In this document: piece after piece, positions 58,461 through 64,000 of the stretch
How positions within the stretch are numbered: position 1 is the first letter of the stretch
Layout of the letters: the number at the start of each line of letters is the position of its first letter
NCBI GenBank assembly: GCA_050633305.1
Contig: JBOEGF010000018.1
Location: 512,001-576,000, forward strand
Reading direction: 5' to 3'
Length of the DNA: 64,000 bases
From: Nannocystales bacterium
Lineage (GTDB): Bacteria > Myxococcota_A > Polyangia > Nannocystales > Nannocystaceae
The notes under the pieces: model-generated
Database searches by the model: none
Seen by the model: only the letters and a program-made list of their open reading frames with translations
Told to the model about the DNA's origin: nothing
Position numbers and translations under genes: made by a program

Positions 58461-59297
58461 GTGGGCACGGGCGAAGTCGAGGAGTACTACGAGGCCAATA
58501 CGAAGCGTTTCCTTCGCTTTGGCCAAGGGGGCACTGTCGGCGCAATTCATCGCGCCGTGTGGGGCCCGGGCGTTCGAACACGAGCCGGGGCGTTTCACTA
58601 CGTTCATGAGCGCTTGCTCGAACGGATGCAGCCGCAGACGCGACGGGTTCTCGATCTTGGATGCGGCGTCGGGGCCTCGCTCGAGTACCTGGCGCAGCAG
58701 CGAGACTTCACAGGGGTGGGGGTCACGATCAGCGAGTCTCAGGTGCAGTTGGCGAACGAGCGGTTCGCCCGGGCGGGTCTCTCCAAGCGCCTTCAGTGTG
58801 TGCAGGCCGACTTCACCAAGCTCCCGGCCGAGCTGGAACCCGTGGACGTTGCGTTTGGCATCGAGTCGTTCGTGCACGCGCCGCAGCCCCGGCCGTTCTT
58901 CGCGGAGGCAGCCCGAGTCGTTCGCTCCGGGGGCGTGTTGGCGCTTTGCGACGACTTCGCGTCACAACGGGTTGAACAAGGGCAACTCTCGACGCGGGAA
59001 GCCCGTTGGGTCCGCGAGTTCCGGAAGGGTTGGAACGTCGGGTCGCTGCTCTCTCCGTCGACCGCCGTAGCCCTCGCCGGGGAACACGGCTTCGACCTCG
59101 TGCAGGACGACGACCTGACTGCGGACGTCGAACTGCGGCGGCCTCGTGATCGAGCCATCACGGCGCTGGTCCGGCTGGGCCGTCACATCCCGACGCGCAA
59201 CCCGTGGTGGCTCAACATGCTGGGCGGAAATGCCCTGCAGATGGCGTTGCAGCGGCGGTTGTTTACGTATCGGTTGCTCGTATGGACGAAGCGGTGA
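58461..59297 (+). CDS. SAM-dependent methyltransferase (tocopherol/sterol C-MT-like class)
   Basis: YY...IH..VW, VLDLGCGVG, G.TIS..Q, ES..H; start approximate. Confidence 0.82.
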   Translation: MGTGEVEEYYEANTKRFLRFGQGGTVGAIHRAVWGPGVRTRAGAFHYVHERLLERMQPQTRRVLDLGCGVGASLEYLAQQRDFTGVGVTISESQVQLANERFARAGLSKRLQCVQADFTKLPAELEPVDVAFGIESFVHAPQPRPFFAEAARVVRSGGVLALCDDFASQRVEQGQLSTREARWVREFRKGWNVGSLLSPSTAVALAGEHGFDLVQDDDLTADVELRRPRDRAITALVRLGRHIPTRNPWWLNMLGGNALQMALQRRLFTYRLLVWTKR

Positions 59298-59307
59298 GCG
59301 CCGAGGC

Positions 59308-60198
59308 TCAGCCTCCGCGGCGGACCGCAAAGTCCAGCTGGTGCGCGATGTAGACCAGCTCTCCGGACTCGACCTGGGCGTGGCGAAGCTCGCCCCAACC
59401 ACGAACCGAATCCCCCAGCTGGGGATGTGCGCGAAGCTCTTGCTCGACCGTGTGGATGATGTGGTGGGCAAAGTAGGCTTCGTCAGCCTCGTAACCCTCC
59501 GCGTCGCCGAACACGACCCAGTCGGAACTCCCCGCGCGCAGGATGGAGCCACCCGAGGCACGAATGTGGCCAAACAGCTCCCGTCCCGCCGTTGACGATC
59601 CGGCGGGTTGTCCGTCTCGAACCCGCTCGTCCATGCTGAGGTGGTAGGCGTCCATCAGCGGACGGTCGGCGGGGTCCTTGGGAAGGAAGATCGTCTCGCC
59701 GTCGAAGTTGATCGTCGGCCAGAACACGCCCTTCGGCGCCAACCGCTGCAACAAGCGGGGTAGCACTGCCTTCACATCCACCAGATCGAGGACCGCGTGC
59801 GCGATGATGAGGTCGAACGTCTCGTCCCCTTGTGTAAGCCAGTCCTCGAGGGGTGCGTGTCGGGTCGTCACGTCGAAGGAGACGGCCGCCGCAGCCGCAG
59901 GGGAGGTTGTGTGGCGTGTCAGGCCCTGCCTCCATTGTGGAGCGAGGCTCTGCGCTTCTTCGAGGAACTCGGCCTCGGTGTCGACGATGACGTAGTCCGC
60001 ACGCGAGATACGCTTCGTTTCGATGAGGCGGTCCACCATCGTCCCAACGCCGCCGCCCAGCTCGGCGATTTGGGCCGGGCGATCGCTGGGTAGGCCCGCG
60101 AGGACGGTCTCCATGACATCGCGGTTCAGCGCCCGGTCGTCGACCGTTCGCTTGGCACGGAGGTATCGCGGGTAGGTGTATTGCTCTGGGACAGGCAT
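59308..60198 (-). CDS. SAM-dependent methyltransferase
   Basis: YL.AK..VDDRALN, ELGGG.GTM, A.LDL, FDG.T, SDW. Confidence 0.8.
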   Translation of the reverse strand: MPVPEQYTYPRYLRAKRTVDDRALNRDVMETVLAGLPSDRPAQIAELGGGVGTMVDRLIETKRISRADYVIVDTEAEFLEEAQSLAPQWRQGLTRHTTSPAAAAAVSFDVTTRHAPLEDWLTQGDETFDLIIAHAVLDLVDVKAVLPRLLQRLAPKGVFWPTINFDGETIFLPKDPADRPLMDAYHLSMDERVRDGQPAGSSTAGRELFGHIRASGGSILRAGSSDWVVFGDAEGYEADEAYFAHHIIHTVEQELRAHPQLGDSVRGWGELRHAQVESGELVYIAHQLDFAVRRGG

Positions 60199-60221
60199 CG
60201 CGGGGTCGGGGCGCCGTTGGA

Positions 60222-61883
60222 CTACTCGTACAGGGACGTGAGCGGGACGTTGTCGAGCTCGAGCACTGTGCTGGGCGCGGTTGTGCCGTACCGATTCCAT
60301 GCGTCCACCTCGTGCGTGGTCATGTGGAGCTCGTAGAACAACAACGCAGCATCAGCGCGAGACAGGGGCGCCGGTTCGAGCCCCTGCGGCCATCGGTCTT
60401 CTCGAGCGTACTGCCGACGGGCGAGCTCGTGGAGGTCGTGCAGGTGGAGCTGGCCGGGTTGCTCGGGCAGGACCCCACCGACAGCGTGGCCCCAGAAGCC
60501 GCGGTTGAGTCCGAGACGAGCCGCACCTCGGGGTCCGCCAACGAGAGGGGCGTACTGCGACAGGCCCAGGGTCGGCGCATCTCGAATCCCGATCGCCCCC
60601 GGAGCGAGCAGCAACCCCAACAACACCGGCTGCATCCACCGACGCCTGGCGGTGGGGACTTCGGCCAGCCGCCACAGACGGGACCAAGCCTCGACGCACA
60701 GCAACGCCAAGAACGGGTAGGCGGTGATCCAGTGCTTTGTACCGCCGAAGATCGGGGTCGAGGGCAGGCTGATCAGGACGATGGGAAACGTGGCAAACAA
60801 GCCGTACAGCAACGAGTCGCGGCTTGGCAACGCCTCGGGGCGTGGGTGCCAGAAGCTGGTGGGAACCTCGGCGAGCACGGGCGCGTGCGCATCGACGCGG
60901 GCCTGCAGCACCAGCCCGAGCAAGCCCAGCACCAGAAGCACCGCCGGGACGGTCGCGATGGTCATCACCCATGGGTAGCTCGAGGGCATCGGGGGCTGGT
61001 TGTGGTTCAGCCCGAGGAACTCCATGTTGTACCAGCTGTGCTGGCTGTGAAAGGTGACGTACTCCTGCAGGCGCGTCGCTGGGTCGGCCCACATCCATGG
61101 CCAGCACGCCCAGGCGACGAGCGGGGCGAGGACCATCATGCTGAGGAGCGGCAGCGGGAGCCAGGTGCTCTTCGGGGCAACTCTCCCGTGTCGTAGGCGG
61201 TCGAGCGTGAGCTGCAGCGTGTGGTGCAGCGCGAGGAGAGGCCCCACGAACAGCGCATTGTGTTTGACGGCGATCGCGATGCCCAACAGGACCCCCGTGG
61301 CGAGGCTCCAACCGACCGAACTCTGGGCTCGGCGGTACGCCAAGACGACGGCCAAGATCATCGCTGCAACCGGGACGTCGAACGCGTGAAGGCCAGCGTT
61401 GAACCAGACCCGCGGGAGCAGGATGAACGCGCCGCTGGCCAGAAGCCCGGCCAGGACGCCCGCCCGTCGAAAACCGGCGAGGAACAGAAGCGCTGCTCCG
61501 AGGCCGGCCATGGCCTGCGCGGGCAACCGCATCGCGGCGCCTTCGGGCATAGAGCCCTTGCGGGCTGGCGAGCCGTTCTTGGCGGGCGCGGAGCCCAGCC
61601 ATCGCGCCGAGACCCCGCCGAGGGTCTTCATCAAGGCGGGGTGCTCGTGATTGGGTGCGAAGTGGCGGTCGCGAACCTTTCGCTTCATCGCCTGACTCGG
61701 CTCGCTCAGGAGCCGGTCGACCCACGCGGCGTAGCTACGACTGGCCTGAAAGTAGATGCCCTCGTCGCGGACGTATCCGGTGCCTCGATGCGTGGTGGAG
61801 AGGGCACCGGTCACGAGGACGGCGATCAGCAACGCTCCGAGCCAGGGGCCCAATCGGCGGACCCACGCGGGGACATCGGTCAC
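60222..61883 (-). CDS. GT-C fold glycosyltransferase (ArnT/PMT-like)
   Basis: DE..Y, EHP.L.K, multiple TM helices. Confidence 0.82.
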   Translation of the reverse strand: MTDVPAWVRRLGPWLGALLIAVLVTGALSTTHRGTGYVRDEGIYFQASRSYAAWVDRLLSEPSQAMKRKVRDRHFAPNHEHPALMKTLGGVSARWLGSAPAKNGSPARKGSMPEGAAMRLPAQAMAGLGAALLFLAGFRRAGVLAGLLASGAFILLPRVWFNAGLHAFDVPVAAMILAVVLAYRRAQSSVGWSLATGVLLGIAIAVKHNALFVGPLLALHHTLQLTLDRLRHGRVAPKSTWLPLPLLSMMVLAPLVAWACWPWMWADPATRLQEYVTFHSQHSWYNMEFLGLNHNQPPMPSSYPWVMTIATVPAVLLVLGLLGLVLQARVDAHAPVLAEVPTSFWHPRPEALPSRDSLLYGLFATFPIVLISLPSTPIFGGTKHWITAYPFLALLCVEAWSRLWRLAEVPTARRRWMQPVLLGLLLAPGAIGIRDAPTLGLSQYAPLVGGPRGAARLGLNRGFWGHAVGGVLPEQPGQLHLHDLHELARRQYAREDRWPQGLEPAPLSRADAALLFYELHMTTHEVDAWNRYGTTAPSTVLELDNVPLTSLYE

Positions 61884-62764
61884 GAGCCACCCCCGAGCAC
61901 CCGAAGCTCAAAGCAGACCTTGCGGCGGCCTCCGGGATTGTGACCCTCGCGTCCCCAGGTGCCTCGCACGGTATCGGTCAGCTCCACGCGCACGTCATGC
62001 TCGCCTGGCTCCGTCTTGACGGAGAACGGTCGCCAGCCTTGGGCGTCGGTCACCACGAACTGACCGACGGGGACATCATCGATGAACGTCCGGACCCGAA
62101 TCGGGGCATCGCTGCGCAGGCGGCTGTTGAAGTCGGTCACACCGATGTGACCACGCAGGGAGGTCCCCAGGGCCAGCTTATCCTCGAATGTGAGTGGTGT
62201 GTTGTCGCTGAGCGCGAACTGAAAACACCGGCGTGGGCGGTAGTTGACCTCCGCGAATCCCACACTGACCGCGCCCTCTTTGCAGGCCCAGGAGGCCCCT
62301 TTTTTTCGACAGTTGCCCGTGGGCGTGGAGAGCTTGGGAGGGGCGGAGATCCAGCTGCGCAGGGTCGTGGGCGCATCGTCGAAACGGTAGCGACCGACCT
62401 CGAAGGGACCGAGATTCTCCAGCGAGAGCCGTGGCGGACGTCGTCGGCCTTCGAGTTCCTGGTCCAGTGCGTCGGACCAAGGCTCTCCCAGACCGATGAC
62501 GGTCAGCGTCTCGATGCCGTGAAGATCGGGCGCCGCGGCAGAGCGAGGAGCAGCGAGGGCAGGGAGCTCCATGCGGGCGCGAGGCCCGAGCCAGGTCGTG
62601 GCAAGCATGACGGCATCCGCGTCGTCCTGCGCGACGGCGTCCGCGAGTGCGTCCCAGTCCGCGTCCTCGATGGCGTCCCGGTACGAAAGCCCACCCAAGA
62701 CCAACTCGGCGGCCGCAATGGCTGCGAGTCCACCCAGGGTCCAGCGGGCCCAGCTCTTGCTCAT
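61880..62764 (-). CDS. Hypothetical exported protein
   Basis: N-terminal hydrophobic segment; 4-bp overlaps with both neighbours. Confidence 0.65.
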   Translation of the reverse strand: MSKSWARWTLGGLAAIAAAELVLGGLSYRDAIEDADWDALADAVAQDDADAVMLATTWLGPRARMELPALAAPRSAAAPDLHGIETLTVIGLGEPWSDALDQELEGRRRPPRLSLENLGPFEVGRYRFDDAPTTLRSWISAPPKLSTPTGNCRKKGASWACKEGAVSVGFAEVNYRPRRCFQFALSDNTPLTFEDKLALGTSLRGHIGVTDFNSRLRSDAPIRVRTFIDDVPVGQFVVTDAQGWRPFSVKTEPGEHDVRVELTDTVRGTWGREGHNPGGRRKVCFELRVLGGGS

Positions 62765-64000
62765 GCGCCTCCTCCATCGAGGTCCAATGCGACCCCGAGC
62801 TCCGGCGCACGCTTTCCGTCGGCCACGGAGGAGATGCGGACATCGACGAGTTGTCCGGCCAAGTCCCCCAGCGGGAGTTGCACGGGGATCCTGCCAGCGC
62901 GGTGTGTGAGCCGTTTGTCGAAGAGCGGGGTCCAGTCCCCCGTGCCGGCGGCTCGGACCTCGATGCGGACGGACACGCTGCCTTGGCGCTTTCGTTTCGT
63001 GTCATCGTCCTCGAGTGCAATCCACCCGGTGATCTCGTCGCCGGGCACGACCCCTTCGAACGCTGCAATCGCGGGTTGGCTGTGTCGTCGGTCAAAGACG
63101 AGCGCGGGACGGATCAGCATGTCCGCCTTGGTGAATCCCGGCCGGACATGGTTGAGGACCGAAGCGCGCCCGCTGTTGGCAAGTCCCACGGCTCGGTGGG
63201 CTTCCGCCGCCTGGCCGCGCCGCACCTTCATGAACAGACCCCCAGACAGAGCGACTGCGGCCGCCGCCCACACGATCGGGTGGCCGAGGGTGGAGAGCGG
63301 CTGCAGCAGCTGCGTGAACAGCTCGCGGATCCGGCTCGCTCGGCGGGGCCATCCGAGGAGAGCGATGGTGAGGCCAACGGCCAGGAGCGAGACGAGCGCT
63401 GCGAGGAGGTCTGTGGGTTGCCAGCGTTGGTATGTGAGGGTGTACTCGCCGTCGGTCACGTCGGCCGCGACCAACGTGGGCTCGGTCCCGTCGTCTCCGT
63501 TGACCTTGCCACCTCGCTCGGACCCTTCGAGGCGTTCCTGTTGGCTCGCGCCGGGCCCGTACCCAGCCGCCGGTGCTTCGACCCAATCGACCGGCCCGAG
63601 CGGCCCTTCGAGCGACCACCGTGGAAAACCAGCCACACCGAACAGCAGCCGTGTTGGTTCCTGTGTCCCATGGACCCGGACTCGGATGCGTCCGGCGGAC
63701 ACGTCGTTCTCGAGGACCTCCACCGTCCCGTCTCCGTGCAGCTCGGCGATCGATGTTTTGGGCCACGAGGGCCGCTCGATCACGGAGAGCATGCCAAATC
63801 GGGCGACCTCACCGCGTCGCTTGCGTTGGCCCCGTCGAATCTCGTAGCGGACCTGCGCACGGTCGAGCAGGTCTCGCGGACCTCGTTCGGGCTTGTGCAC
63901 GAAGTTGTCGCCGGGCGTGAAGCCCAGCTTGAGGATGGGCGCGCCGCCTGTGGCGACCGGCAGGTCCATGAACCAGTGGATGTTGCGCTGGTCATGCACG
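62761..64000 (-). CDS. Membrane protein, C-terminal part (truncated by window end)
   Basis: Open frame to the window edge, two TM segments, overlap with the downstream gene. Confidence 0.65.
   Translation of the reverse strand, partial: VHDQRNIHWFMDLPVATGGAPILKLGFTPGDNFVHKPERGPRDLLDRAQVRYEIRRGQRKRRGEVARFGMLSVIERPSWPKTSIAELHGDGTVEVLENDVSAGRIRVRVHGTQEPTRLLFGVAGFPRWSLEGPLGPVDWVEAPAAGYGPGASQQERLEGSERGGKVNGDDGTEPTLVAADVTDGEYTLTYQRWQPTDLLAALVSLLAVGLTIALLGWPRRASRIRELFTQLLQPLSTLGHPIVWAAAAVALSGGLFMKVRRGQAAEAHRAVGLANSGRASVLNHVRPGFTKADMLIRPALVFDRRHSQPAIAAFEGVVPGDEITGWIALEDDDTKRKRQGSVSVRIEVRAAGTGDWTPLFDKRLTHRAGRIPVQLPLGDLAGQLVDVRISSVADGKRAPELGVALDLDGGGA

Noticed and set aside
58461..59297. Sterol C-24 methyltransferase linked to the CPI1 homolog
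   Set aside because: Only general class similarity, no SMT-specific motifs recognised, and about 12 kb from the CPI1-like gene.
1..64000. CRISPR array, cas genes, reverse transcriptase/retron, rRNA
   Set aside because: No regularly spaced repeats and no Cas, RT (YxDD) or rRNA signatures seen by eye.

Overview
High-GC bacterial DNA, most likely Myxococcota and Nannocystales-like. That inference rests on a MYXO-CTERM protein, TIGR02270/DUF6484, Ser/Thr/Gly/Asp-linker lipoproteins and a myxobacterial ferritin-like protein. Most of the window is ordinary chromosome: cysE, the rtcR-rtcBA RNA repair locus, a hemF-like gene, frmA, signalling genes, a peptide transporter and secreted proteins. The main feature is a compact 4.9-kb integrative element in tRNA-Phe(GAA), bounded by a perfect 55-bp direct repeat (6538-6592 / 11423-11477). 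It carries six co-oriented genes: a tyrosine integrase, an AlpA/Xis-like HTH protein, a very small HUH rolling-circle Rep, an HGGxSTG Cys/His protein, and a coupled ABC/AAA ATPase + TOPRIM-fold pair with PARIS/RloAB-like architecture. It has no capsid or conjugation genes and looks like a minimal rolling-circle, satellite-type element carrying a candidate anti-phage system. Also notable are a plant-type cycloeucalenol cycloisomerase (CPI1) homolog, tandem CTAG-bounded MITE-like hairpins, an orphan DUF6484-TIGR02270 pair, and frmA followed by a glyoxalase II-like hydrolase rather than frmB. All calls come from reading motifs by eye; no database searches were run. Start codons were often refined from the ORF track and are approximate.
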